Shown here piece by piece: positions 20,698-30,890 of a stretch of DNA of 64,000 nt; the first letter of the stretch is position 1, and each line of letters starts with the position of its first letter. The DNA comes from an uncultured Mycoplasmatota bacterium (GTDB taxonomy: Bacteria > Bacillota_I > Bacilli_A > RF39 > UBA660), in contig CAOJEH010000001.1 in assembly GCA_948434005.1 (NCBI GenBank), forward strand, positions 155,880 to 219,879. Direction: 5' to 3'. The notes below the pieces were generated by a model that did no database searches, was not told the origin of the DNA, and saw only the letters and a list, made by a program, of their open reading frames with translations. The position numbers and the translations under genes were made by a program.

Positions 20698-21552
20698 ATG
20701 AAAGAATTTATAGTAGCAGAAAATTCAAATAATAAAGAAAATATTAAAAATACACTAAGTGGAATAAGAAAGATGGTAGTACCATATATATATGATAAAT
20801 TGCATATGATAGGTAGTTTTAAAAAGGATATAATAGTAGATAGTATAGATTGTAAGCCTTTCGCAGAATCATTATATACAGAGGATAGAAACGGAGATAA
20901 ATTTTTCTTCCCGATGGGCACTCTATATGGCGAGACTAAGATGAAAACTGATTTTTCTAGTAGTAATTATAGTTGTGTTATAGCAAAAGAACAAGAAGAA
21001 GGTTGTTATAATCTTTATAATGCATTAGATAATAATATGAACCCTTTTGCTATTATTTATGTAAAAGATAATAGTATGTTATGTGTATTTGAGGATTATA
21101 GAAAAACTGAAACAATATATAGAAGTAGAGAAAACTCTAACCTAGAATACAAGATAACAGTAGAAAATGATGAAAGTTTAGAAGAATATGAATTTAGAGA
21201 TTTAGCAATACTTAATAATGATAAAAAACCAGTAGCTTTGCTTGAATATCTCCACAATTATAGGTTATTTAGAGATATTAATAGATGTAGTTGTATTAGC
21301 ATTTCTTCTAATAATAAGGATGGGATAGTTGGAGAAATCCGAATAAGACAGGGACTATTAGATAAATATTCTATATGTGAATCTATAGAAGATTATAGTC
21401 TAGATATGTCAGTAAAAAATTCAGATGTAGTTGTAAATTCAGCAGATTGTCAATCTAAAAAAGTAGATATAGAAGAGTTACCAAAAAGTTTACAAAATAC
21501 TTATCAAGAAGGAATTCAGATTATAAAAAAATATGGAATAAAGAAGTGTTAA
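20698..21552 (+). CDS. Hypothetical cytoplasmic protein
   Basis: 284-aa ORF with RBS ggtgaggtgagg. No recognisable motif. Confidence 0.4.
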   Translation: MKEFIVAENSNNKENIKNTLSGIRKMVVPYIYDKLHMIGSFKKDIIVDSIDCKPFAESLYTEDRNGDKFFFPMGTLYGETKMKTDFSSSNYSCVIAKEQEEGCYNLYNALDNNMNPFAIIYVKDNSMLCVFEDYRKTETIYRSRENSNLEYKITVENDESLEEYEFRDLAILNNDKKPVALLEYLHNYRLFRDINRCSCISISSNNKDGIVGEIRIRQGLLDKYSICESIEDYSLDMSVKNSDVVVNSADCQSKKVDIEELPKSLQNTYQEGIQIIKKYGIKKC

Positions 21553-22052
21553 TTAATAATACTTCTTTTATATTCTTCTACTATTTCACTATATTTTTTG
21601 GTTTGATTAGCTGGTGAACTACTAGGTAAATAAATAGCTTTTATTCCTACATCATTTAGTAAATATTTGTTATATAAATTATAAGCTTTTTTTCCAGTAG
21701 TATAGATATATTTAATATTTGTATCCTTAATTAAAGTTTTAATATCATTAACAACTACATCCTTAATACTACTATCACTAGATCCTATTATAGTACAACT
21801 TTTAATAACATCCCATAAAGCAATTTTATGCTTTTTAAGAAAATGTTTTTTATCTTCTATTGATATAGGTTCTACTTCTTCATATATATCAGCTAAAATT
21901 TTAAAAAATCTATTTTGAGGATGAGCATAATAAAAGCCAGCTGACCTAGATTTAATACTAGGCATACTACCTAAAATAAGTATTTCAGAATCCTTATCAT
22001 AAAAAGGTAATAAATTATGTACTACTCTAGATTCTTTCCTTGATAAGTGCAT
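21549..22052 (-). CDS. UDG-superfamily DNA glycosylase (Mug/TDG-like)
   Basis: ILILGSMPSIKSRSAGFYYAHPQNRFFKIL matches the Mug/TDG GINPG...HPxNRFW region. 167 aa. Overlaps the upstream radical-SAM gene by 31 nt. Confidence 0.55.
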   Translation of the reverse strand: MHLSRKESRVVHNLLPFYDKDSEILILGSMPSIKSRSAGFYYAHPQNRFFKILADIYEEVEPISIEDKKHFLKKHKIALWDVIKSCTIIGSSDSSIKDVVVNDIKTLIKDTNIKYIYTTGKKAYNLYNKYLLNDVGIKAIYLPSSSPANQTKKYSEIVEEYKRSIIN

Positions 22053-22972
22053 TTTTCCACCATCCGTTTATCAATATCATTTAATACACAAAACTTCTTA
22101 ATAAGCCAAGTAGGAGCGATTACATCCTCCTTCATTGGATCTCCTGTAATTCTATGTATTACAATTTCTTTTCTTAAATTCTCTAATTGATTAATAACTA
22201 TGTCAATATATTCTTCTTTACTAAGAATATGGAACTTTTCATTTTTATATAAGGTTTCTAAAGGTGTGTTTTTAAGAACACTGAGCATATGTATTTTAAT
22301 TCCCTGTATATCTAAATTATTTAAATATTTTATGGTACTAATCATATCATCTTTAGTTTCATATGGAAGACCATTAATAATATGAACTACAACATCAATA
22401 TTTCTATTTCTTAGTTTTGTTACCATATTGGTAAATGTATCTAGACTGCAGCACCTATTAATAAGTTTAGCTGTTTTATCATGAATAGTTTGTAAACCTA
22501 ATTCTATAGTTAAATATGTTTTCTTGTTTAATTCTTCTAAATAATCTAAGCATTCATCACTAATTGAATCAGGACGTGTAGCAATATTAAGACCAATAAC
22601 ATCTTTATTTTCCAAAATAGTTTCATAAATCTTCTTTAGTTTTTTAACAGGTGCATATGTATTAGTTCTTGCCTGAAAATATCCTATATATTTTGCACTA
22701 GGCCATTTTTTTTCATAAATCTTTTTGACATCATCAAACTGCTTTAATAAATTATCTTTAATATTACCAGCAAATTCACCACTACCAAGTGCTGAACAAT
22801 AAATACAACCGCCATATCCAACTGTACCATCCATATTTGGACAGCTAAATCCTGCATTTAAACTTATTTTACACACCTTTGATCCAAATTTATGCTTATA
22901 AAAATAATCTAAGGTATGATATCTTTTATTATTATCACTATAAATAAATGGATTATTCATATTAAATCTCAC
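22022..22972 (-). CDS. Radical SAM protein, TIGR01212/YhcC family
   Basis: CPNMDGTVGYGGCIYCS: the Cx3Cx2C-type cluster with the GGCxYC feature typical of TIGR01212. 316 aa. Confidence 0.75.
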   Translation of the reverse strand: MRFNMNNPFIYSDNNKRYHTLDYFYKHKFGSKVCKISLNAGFSCPNMDGTVGYGGCIYCSALGSGEFAGNIKDNLLKQFDDVKKIYEKKWPSAKYIGYFQARTNTYAPVKKLKKIYETILENKDVIGLNIATRPDSISDECLDYLEELNKKTYLTIELGLQTIHDKTAKLINRCCSLDTFTNMVTKLRNRNIDVVVHIINGLPYETKDDMISTIKYLNNLDIQGIKIHMLSVLKNTPLETLYKNEKFHILSKEEYIDIVINQLENLRKEIVIHRITGDPMKEDVIAPTWLIKKFCVLNDIDKRMVEKCTYQGKNLE

Positions 22973-24122
22973 TCACTGTATATAAATATATAGCCATAAG
23001 AAGTTCTTTAGAAGATATAATATTTTTAAAACTCATATTTTTATAATCATCACATAAACACATTTTATATAAATTAATAACATTACTCATTTTTTTATTA
23101 ATAGGTTTATTTCCTTTAATAATTTTTTTAGTTCCTTTTAATAATAATTTATTATATCTTTTAAAAGAATATATTTTATAGTCATCTACGTTAAATAGTT
23201 TGCCTATATCTTCTATAATCTTTAGCATTAATTTATCATTAATTTTATTTATATCTAGGGAAATAACTCTTTTAATCTTTAGAATATCTTTTATTTTTTT
23301 AATAAAAACTTGTTTATAATCATCATTAATCTTTTTGAAACCACGTTTCTTAAAAGTATACTTTTTACCATAATACTTATCAAATACCTTCATTGTATCA
23401 TTATATCCATACTTCATATTAATTTTAGATTCTTCTTCATTAAAATTAAGAAAACTACTTAGCTTATTATTTGGTTTAATTATTGTAAGTTTTAAGTTTT
23501 TCTTATTTTTTACTATTTGTTTAATACCAGGTGCACATAAATCAACTGCTATAATTTCGTTTGCACCTAGTTTTACAGCCAAATTAATTGGCAAATTATC
23601 AAACATACCACCATCAATATATTTTTTACCATCTATATCTTTTGCTTGAAAAGCTGGATAGCAAGATGCACTAGCAATTAAGTAATCACATAACTTATTT
23701 TTCCTTATCTTATTCTTCTCTAGCTGAAGAAATTTTTTATTACTAACATTTATAGTAATAAGGCCATAATTTATTTTAGATTTAAAAAATAAATCATTAT
23801 CAATTGTTTTATCTATAAGATTTTGCAATTCATTTATCTTCATACCACCATTTTTAAAGAAATTATCACGGTATAATTTTATTAGTTCTTGCTTATTATT
23901 TGGTATTGATACTTCATTTCCAAATAAGGTATTCATATTTATATTTTTCCATAACCTACAAGCTTTATGATATTTATTTTGAACCATTAATGCCCCGTTT
24001 AAAGCTCCAACTGATGTACCTGTAACAATATCATATTTAAATTTTAATTTTCTTAAGGCTTTCCAAACACCTATCTGGTAAGAACCCTTACTTCCACCTC
24101 CGGATAGGACAACTGCTTTCAT
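22962..24122 (-). CDS. Patatin-like phospholipase
   Basis: GGGSKG oxyanion motif and GTSVGA (GxSxG) serine motif. DGG Asp motif later (YIDGGMFDN). Start chosen at the MKAVVLSGGG Met; the track ORF starts 10 codons upstream. Confidence 0.75.
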   Translation of the reverse strand: MKAVVLSGGGSKGSYQIGVWKALRKLKFKYDIVTGTSVGALNGALMVQNKYHKACRLWKNINMNTLFGNEVSIPNNKQELIKLYRDNFFKNGGMKINELQNLIDKTIDNDLFFKSKINYGLITINVSNKKFLQLEKNKIRKNKLCDYLIASASCYPAFQAKDIDGKKYIDGGMFDNLPINLAVKLGANEIIAVDLCAPGIKQIVKNKKNLKLTIIKPNNKLSSFLNFNEEESKINMKYGYNDTMKVFDKYYGKKYTFKKRGFKKINDDYKQVFIKKIKDILKIKRVISLDINKINDKLMLKIIEDIGKLFNVDDYKIYSFKRYNKLLLKGTKKIIKGNKPINKKMSNVINLYKMCLCDDYKNMSFKNIISSKELLMAIYLYTVSEI

Positions 24123-24258
24123 ATATATCACCTGCCCCATATTATAGCACATAACCTTTTTAATATAAAGATTAATTATTTAGTATTTAAAAATTTAATA
24201 TAAAAATATAAGGAAAAAATAAATTTATAGTCAATAATAAAGAGAAGGGAAGTGTATT

Positions 24259-25107
24259 ATGGAAAAATTTTATACATGTAGATATGATAGAGCATTTAAA
24301 GAAGTATTTATGAAAGAGGAAAATAAAGATATATTATCAAAACTATTAGAAAGTATATTAAAAGTAGAAATAGAAAAAATAGAGTTTTTAAATCTAGAAA
24401 GAAATGTAGATAATATAAATATAAAAAGAAAGCATCTAGATCTATATTTAGAAACAAATATAGGAAAGATACAAGTAGAAGTAAATTCAAGTAATCATAA
24501 ATATATAAGACCAAGAAATTTTTCATACTTATGTGATATATATTCACATAATGTTTTAGTAGGAGAAAGCTACAAAGAAGATAAACTAATAATTCAAATA
24601 AACTTTAATTATGGAGTAAGTAGTGAAAGTAATATAGAGAAATATATGTTAAAGAGTGATACCAATAAAACATATATAGAAAACTTTATAATCTATGAAA
24701 TAAATATGGAAAAATATAAAGAGATTTGGTACAATAGGGATGAAAAAAAGATAGAAGAAAACAAATATATAATAATGTTAGACTTATTACCGGAAGAGTT
24801 AAAAAATCTATCAAAAAGAAATCGGATGGTGTTAAAGTATATGAGTGAATTAGAAAGAGTAAATGAAAGTCCAAAGTTCAGAGAATTTATGAGTGCAGAA
24901 GAAGATAATAGAAAAATAGAGAATTCATTAAGAGAAGAGTATAAAGAAGAAGGTTTAGCCGAGGGAAGAGAACAGGGAATAAAAGAAGGTATAAAAGAAA
25001 GCTCTATATCCATTGCTAAGAAGATGCTACAAAAAAATATGGATTTAAATTTAATATCAGAGGTTACTGAATTACCAATAGAGGAATTAGAAAAACTTAA
25101 TATCTAA
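24259..25107 (+). CDS. Rpn-family recombination-promoting nuclease / putative transposase (PD-(D/E)XK, YhgA-like)
   Basis: N-terminal YDRAFKEVF...ILSKLLESIL, characteristic of the Rpn / transposase_31 family. Glu/Lys-rich C-terminal tail. Confidence 0.65.
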   Translation: MEKFYTCRYDRAFKEVFMKEENKDILSKLLESILKVEIEKIEFLNLERNVDNINIKRKHLDLYLETNIGKIQVEVNSSNHKYIRPRNFSYLCDIYSHNVLVGESYKEDKLIIQINFNYGVSSESNIEKYMLKSDTNKTYIENFIIYEINMEKYKEIWYNRDEKKIEENKYIIMLDLLPEELKNLSKRNRMVLKYMSELERVNESPKFREFMSAEEDNRKIENSLREEYKEEGLAEGREQGIKEGIKESSISIAKKMLQKNMDLNLISEVTELPIEELEKLNI

Positions 25108-25148
25108 TTCTTTTTTAGATTATTCAGTTTTATAGGAGGAAAATAGCT

Positions 25149-26045
25149 ATGTTCAATAAGATTGTTGTTTTAGAACCAATTCTAATAACTGCAGAATGAA
25201 AAAGAGAACTTGAAAAATATTCAAAAGAAGTAGTTTTTTATAACACTAAACCTACTTCAGAAAGTGAAGTAATAAATAGAATTGATAATGCAGATTGTAT
25301 TTTGTTATCATTTACTACTAAAATAACTAAGAATATTTTAGAAAAATGTAATAATATAAAATATATTGGTATGAGTTGTTCATACTATGGTGAGAAGTAT
25401 TCAAATTTAGATATGAATACAGCAAAAGAAAAAGGTATTACAGTTAGATATTTAAAAGACTATGGTGATGAAGCAGTTCCAGAATACATTATCTGTGAAC
25501 TAATAAGACTAATGCATGGATTAGGTGATAGTCAATGGAAAGATAGACCTTATGAATTAACGGATGTAAAAATAGGAATTATAGGTCTTGGTAAAATAGG
25601 TACTATGGTTGCTAATGCACTTAAATATTTTGGTGCTGATGTATATTATTATAGTAAAACAAGAAAGACTAAAGAGGAATCAAATGGAATTAAATACCTA
25701 CCGCTTGAAGAATTATTAAAAAATTGTGATATAATTTCTACTCATTTGAATAGAGATGTAGTTTTATTAAATGAAAAAGAATTTGAACAACTAGGTAATG
25801 GTAAAATTTACGTTAACACTACCATAGGATGTTGTTATGATGTTGAAGCATTAAAAAAGTGGTTAGATACAGGAACAAATTACCATATATGTGATTATGT
25901 TAGTAACACACCAAAAACACAAGAAATAATTAACCATAAAAAAACAATCTATACAAATAAGATTTGTGGTAATTCAAAACAGAGTGATATTAGAGCAACT
26001 ACACAAACAATAAATAATATTAAGGAATTTTTAAGTAATAAATAA
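25149..26045 (+). pseudogene. D-isomer-specific 2-hydroxyacid dehydrogenase interrupted by an in-frame TGA at 25197-25199
   Basis: ATG at 25149 gives MFNKIVVLEPILITAE, then TGA, then KRELEKY...; this is in frame with the track ORF at 25302..26045. NAD-binding GIIGLGKIG present. The N-terminal catalytic-domain segments lie upstream of the stop. Confidence 0.55.
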
Positions 26046-26130
26046 TTTGTCTGAATATAAGTTTATATATCTCCTTATTTGTACGCTTATTGATATGAAC
26101 TAAGTTTTTTGAACAAGAAACGAGGCCATA

Positions 26131-26691
26131 CTACTTTTTACTTTTATCTTTTATATACCCAATAAGAGCACATAAAGTTTTAATAAACTCTAGTAATATT
26201 CCAAAAATAGATTTTAAATATATATTATAAATAACATAAATAAAGCTAGAAATAAATCCAAATAATTTATAAGATTTAACATCAGTTTGCCATACTGAAT
26301 AAGTATATAATATAGTAGCAATTATAGGTAAAATACTAAATAAATCTTTATAAGTTACTATACCAAATATAATTGTAATAAAATATAAAACATATAGTAA
26401 AAATTTACTTTTTTTATTTACTTTATCTTCATATATAAAAATAACATTTCTAAATACTGCTACAACACCCATCATAGTAGCGGTATAACCACCAAGTAAT
26501 AGATAAGATATACTATGAATTAATATAGCAATAAATCCTATAAAAAGAATACTTGATCGCTTTTTCATATAATATGTAAGAGAAAAAAGTATATAATATA
26601 CTAATGCTAGTATTTGAGATGAAATATAAGTTAGTGTAAGCATTATTACCACTCCCAATATTATATTAATAGTATAACATATAAGAGTCAA
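26131..26691 (-). CDS. Polytopic membrane protein (YgjV-like)
   Basis: 186 aa with about 5 hydrophobic helices. Confidence 0.4.
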   Translation of the reverse strand: MTLICYTINIILGVVIMLTLTYISSQILALVYYILFSLTYYMKKRSSILFIGFIAILIHSISYLLLGGYTATMMGVVAVFRNVIFIYEDKVNKKSKFLLYVLYFITIIFGIVTYKDLFSILPIIATILYTYSVWQTDVKSYKLFGFISSFIYVIYNIYLKSIFGILLEFIKTLCALIGYIKDKSKK

Positions 26692-26767
26692 AAATTTAAT
26701 TATTTTCTTTTAATTGACTTAATAATATCTATTTAGTAAAATAAAACTATATAATGGTGGTGATAAT

Positions 26768-27895
26768 ATGGCTACTAAAAAGAGATTTAAACTAAAATCA
26801 GATGCAGAAAAAAAATTAAAGATTATAGGAATAATTATAGGAATTATAATAGTATTATTTATATTTTATAGATCAAATATAAATGATTTAAAAAAGATTG
26901 GTTATAGTGAAAAAGCATCTAAAAATATATTATTAAAATTTAAGAAAAAAGAAATAATCCATCTAGGTAAAAATAAGACTTTAAATAGAGCCTTTGAAAG
27001 TAGTGATTATATTGATAAGAACTTTACAAGTTATTCGAAAATTAAATATCAAAACCATAAAAATATAATTAAAAATATCAATAAATTATTAAAGATTGGC
27101 TATAGTAATGAAGAAATATCATTAATTTTATCACGAGGAAATGATAAAGATGTTAATGAGTTTACTAAAAGAAAAAAAGTTAGATATTTAGAAGAATTCT
27201 TTAGTGTTAGCTATTCAAAACTTAGAAATTATGATAGATATATTTCTTATATGAATAATTCACGTGAAGATGAAGAAACTAGTGTTTTATATGTTAATCT
27301 AGATATGGATAAAGAAAATTATAAAGATGCTAAAAAGATAGAGGATTTTAGTTATACTATGTTAGTTAATAAACATCATAAACTAGAAAAAGATTTTGTT
27401 CCAAAAGATTTAAAAACAGTAAGTACTGATTATGCTAGAGAAAAAGGTATAAAGGCTAATATTAATGCAATATCACAAGCAAAAAAAATGATAGATGATG
27501 CCAAGAAAGATGATAAAAATATTATTATTAATTCGGCTTATAGAAGTTATGAAGATCAAGAAGATATTGTTAATACTTATAGAGAATTATATGGGGACTC
27601 ATATATTGAAAAATATGTCCTGTTACCTGGATATTCCGAACATCAAACTGGTCTAGGGATAGATTTTGGAAGTACTGATTCTAAAATATTTATTCAAAGT
27701 GATGAATATAAATGGATGGAAGAAAATTGCTACAAATATGGTTTTATCCATAGATTCAAATCAAATTATGAAGAAATAACTGGAGTAAAAAATGAATCTT
27801 GGCACTATAGATATGTAGGTAAAAAGGCGGCTAAGTATATTTATGAAAACGATATAACTTTAGAAGAATATTATATAAAATTTATAGAAAAATAG
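26768..27895 (+). CDS. M15B/VanY-family D-alanyl-D-alanine carboxypeptidase, membrane-anchored
   Basis: N-terminal TM. SxHxxGxAxD-type Zn motif (SEHQTGLGIDFG) and a C-terminal H-motif (ESWHYRYVG). Confidence 0.7.
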   Translation: MATKKRFKLKSDAEKKLKIIGIIIGIIIVLFIFYRSNINDLKKIGYSEKASKNILLKFKKKEIIHLGKNKTLNRAFESSDYIDKNFTSYSKIKYQNHKNIIKNINKLLKIGYSNEEISLILSRGNDKDVNEFTKRKKVRYLEEFFSVSYSKLRNYDRYISYMNNSREDEETSVLYVNLDMDKENYKDAKKIEDFSYTMLVNKHHKLEKDFVPKDLKTVSTDYAREKGIKANINAISQAKKMIDDAKKDDKNIIINSAYRSYEDQEDIVNTYRELYGDSYIEKYVLLPGYSEHQTGLGIDFGSTDSKIFIQSDEYKWMEENCYKYGFIHRFKSNYEEITGVKNESWHYRYVGKKAAKYIYENDITLEEYYIKFIEK

Positions 27896-27918
27896 TATCA
27901 AATGATACTACTTTTTCT

Positions 27919-28077
27919 TTAGCAACAATTATTATTGCCATTATTCCAAAAACCATTACCTGAAAATAAGAAGAATATAATAATTACTACTATTATTATA
28001 GCCCAAACCCATCCAGAACCAAAACCATCATTATTATTTTGACAATTTTGATAATAGGGATAAGGATATACGTACAT
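27919..28077 (-). CDS. Small YjcZ-like sporulation-family peptide (52 aa); not in the supplied ORF track
   Basis: MYVYPYPYYQNCQNNNDGFGSGWVWAIIIVVIIIFFLFSGNGFWNNGNNNCC. A Gly/aromatic-rich, single-helix peptide resembling the YjcZ family. ATG with an upstream gaaaggag RBS. Confidence 0.4.
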   Translation of the reverse strand: MYVYPYPYYQNCQNNNDGFGSGWVWAIIIVVIIIFFLFSGNGFWNNGNNNCC

Positions 28078-28240
28078 AAATAACTCTCCTTTCGTTATAT
28101 TATATTAATGTGTTTCTATAATTAATATAATAGTAACCTATTTAATACAAAAAATATAAAAATTATAGGTTTAATCTACTTGGAAATATATATAAAATAT
28201 GTTATTATGATAATAGAATAAAATAGGGAAGGTGTGGCTT

Positions 28241-30661
28241 ATGTATCCACTAGGTAAGCAATTTGAAGTTGATTCTAAAAAGGCTTTATCGGAAATAAAG
28301 GCAATTTATAAGGGTACTAATTACAGAATTAGCATTATAACCGAACGTGTTGTAAGACTAGAATATAGTCCTAATGGTAATTTTGTAGATGCACCTACTC
28401 AATTAATACGAAATAGAAATTTAGGTTTTCCTGAGTTTAGAGTAAACCAAGACGCAAATTATATAGAGATTGTAACAAGATATTTTAAACTTAGTTATTA
28501 TAAAAGACAACCTTTTGAAGGAACTAAAATAGATCCAATGAAGAACTTAAAAATAACTCTTATGTCAGGAGAAAAAGATAGACAAAGAGATTGGTATTAT
28601 TTGCATCCAGAAGCTAGAAATATGAATGGTAATATGGTTTCAGTTGATGTTCCAATAAATAAAATGCTTAATAAAGGTTTATACTCACTAGAAGGTTTTG
28701 CAAGTATTGATGATACTCCAAATAAAATCCTTAATTCAGATGGAACATTAGTAGATAGACCAGAAAATACTATAGATATTTATGTATTTATGTATGATAA
28801 AGATTATAGACAAGCCCTACTTGATTATTTTAAAATGACTGGTTTTCCTGAATTAATACCTAGATATGCTTTAGGAAATTGGTGGAGTAGAAATATAGAT
28901 TATAACGATGAAAAGTTAGATGATTTAGTAAAAAACTTTGAAAAAAAGAAAATACCATTATCAATAATTTTATTGGATAACGATTGGCATTATAGAAATG
29001 TTGGAGATAAAAAAGGTTTAAAGAGTGGTTATACTTTTAATAGAAGTTTACTACCTAATCCAAAAGCAACTATAGAAAGACTTCATTCTAAAAATATAAG
29101 AGTTGGTTTAAATATAAATCCAACAGAGGGTATATTTCCACATGAAGCTGCCTATAAACAAGCAATTAGTTACCTATCTATAGAAAACAATAAAATAATT
29201 ACTTTTGATCCTCTAAACCCTAAACTAATGGATGTATATTTTAAATTATTTCTTCATCCTTTAGAGTCTTTAGGAGTAGATTTCTTTTGGAGTGATTATA
29301 AAGGAAATGGAAATTTAACTAAACTATGGTTTAATAATCATTACCTATATTTAGATTCAGCAAGAAATCCTTCTAAAAGAGGAATGTTACTTGCAAGAAG
29401 TCCTATATATGCTGCTCATAGATATCAAATTCTTTATGGTGGCAGTAGTGAAATAAGTTGGGAAGAGTTAAGAAAACTTCCTGGAAGATACTTAAATGCT
29501 GCTAATATCGGTGTATCCTTCTGGTCTCATGATGTTGGTGGAAATCATGGTGGAGTTGAAGAAAATGAATTATATATTAGATACTTACAATTAAGTGTCT
29601 TTTCACCAATCCTACGTTTCCATTCAGCAAGAGGACCTTATTATAAAAAAGAACCTTGGCTATGGGAACCAAAGACTCTAACTATTGCAACTGATTATTT
29701 AAGACTTAGACATAGACTAATACCATATCTTTATACTGAATCATATAATTATACAAAATCAGGAATTCCTATAATTCAACCATTTTATTATAATTATATG
29801 TGGACTTATGATGATGAATTATATAAAAACCAATACTATTTTGGATCACAACTATTAGTGTGTCCAATACTTACTAGAAAAGATCCAGTAATGAATAGAA
29901 CAATACATCGTTTCTTTATTCCAGAAGGTACTTGGTATGATTTTACTACAGGTTACAAGTTTCCTGGTAATAAAAAATATGTAGCCTTTTATAAAGAATC
30001 AGATTATCCAGTATTTGCTCATGCAGGATCAATTGTACCATTATCTAATAGAAGTGATTATAATAATACAGGTATACCAACTGATTTAGAAATACATATC
30101 TTTCCTGGAGTATCTAATACTTATAATTTATATGATGATGATGGAATAACTTCATTATATAAAGAAGGTTATTTCTTAAAAACTTCTATTGATTATAACT
30201 ATTTAAAGAATAACTATACAGTTATATTTAGATCTATTGAAGGAAAAAGTGGTATAGTTCCACCAAAAAGAAATTATAAAGTTGTGTTTAGAAATACTAA
30301 ACAAGCAGAAAATGTAACCGCATTCTTTAATACAGAACCTGCAGAGTCAAAAAACTATGTGGATGGAAATGACTTTATAGTAGAAGTAAAAAATGTTCCA
30401 ACTATAGGACAATTAACTATAAGTTGTAAAGGTAAAGATATAGAAATAGATGCTGCTAGAGTAATTAATGATGATATAAGAAGTATTTTACTAGATTTAC
30501 AAATTAATACTTATTTAAAAGAAGAAATTGCTGATATTATATTTAGTAGTTTAACTGTAACTAAAAAAAGAATTGAGATAAGAAAACTTAGAAAAAAAGG
30601 TTTATCTAGACAATATATGAATTTATTCTTAAAATTACTTGAATATATTGGAGAATTCTAG
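28241..30661 (+). CDS. Glycoside hydrolase, GH31-like (alpha-glucosidase/alpha-xylosidase family)
   Basis: LLDNDWHY, GVDFFWSDYKG and FWSHDVGGNHGG resemble the GH31 catalytic-region motifs. ATG at 28241 is preferred (RBS gggaagg) over the GTG at 28232. Confidence 0.55.
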   Translation: MYPLGKQFEVDSKKALSEIKAIYKGTNYRISIITERVVRLEYSPNGNFVDAPTQLIRNRNLGFPEFRVNQDANYIEIVTRYFKLSYYKRQPFEGTKIDPMKNLKITLMSGEKDRQRDWYYLHPEARNMNGNMVSVDVPINKMLNKGLYSLEGFASIDDTPNKILNSDGTLVDRPENTIDIYVFMYDKDYRQALLDYFKMTGFPELIPRYALGNWWSRNIDYNDEKLDDLVKNFEKKKIPLSIILLDNDWHYRNVGDKKGLKSGYTFNRSLLPNPKATIERLHSKNIRVGLNINPTEGIFPHEAAYKQAISYLSIENNKIITFDPLNPKLMDVYFKLFLHPLESLGVDFFWSDYKGNGNLTKLWFNNHYLYLDSARNPSKRGMLLARSPIYAAHRYQILYGGSSEISWEELRKLPGRYLNAANIGVSFWSHDVGGNHGGVEENELYIRYLQLSVFSPILRFHSARGPYYKKEPWLWEPKTLTIATDYLRLRHRLIPYLYTESYNYTKSGIPIIQPFYYNYMWTYDDELYKNQYYFGSQLLVCPILTRKDPVMNRTIHRFFIPEGTWYDFTTGYKFPGNKKYVAFYKESDYPVFAHAGSIVPLSNRSDYNNTGIPTDLEIHIFPGVSNTYNLYDDDGITSLYKEGYFLKTSIDYNYLKNNYTVIFRSIEGKSGIVPPKRNYKVVFRNTKQAENVTAFFNTEPAESKNYVDGNDFIVEVKNVPTIGQLTISCKGKDIEIDAARVINDDIRSILLDLQINTYLKEEIADIIFSSLTVTKKRIEIRKLRKKGLSRQYMNLFLKLLEYIGEF

Positions 30662-30699
30662 TATACTAAATACAATATTTTAAATATTGGTAGTAGTAG

Positions 30700-30875
30700 T
30701 AATATTAATTTCTATTTAAGAGAGTTTACGCATGGTGTGAGTAAATATAGAATTAATATGAACTTGATTACCTATAAGTATTTTGGGTAAGACCGTTATC
30801 TCTATTAAGTGCATAGAAATATGAATTAAGGTGGTACCGCGATTTAATCGTCCTTATTTAAGGGCGTTTTTTTAT
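30700..30875 (+). promoter_or_regulatory. T-box riboswitch leader of the leuS operon
   Basis: AGAGAG and GGTGTGAGTA (stem I / AGUA box), F-box-like CCGTTA at 30793, T-box AATTAAGGTGGTACCGCG at 30824-30841, and terminator cgtccttatttaagggcg+T7 at 30849-30873. Confidence 0.8.
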
Positions 30876-30890
30876 TTTGAGGAGGGATTT

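Noticed and set aside
25197-25199. Idea that the window uses a Mollicute-type code (TGA=Trp) or that the TGA encodes selenocysteine
   Set aside because: All other about 75 genes are intact under the standard code, and sporulation, sortase and WhiA genes exclude Mollicutes. No SECIS-like stem-loop follows the TGA, and 2-hydroxyacid dehydrogenases are not known selenoproteins. A nonsense mutation or sequencing error is more likely.
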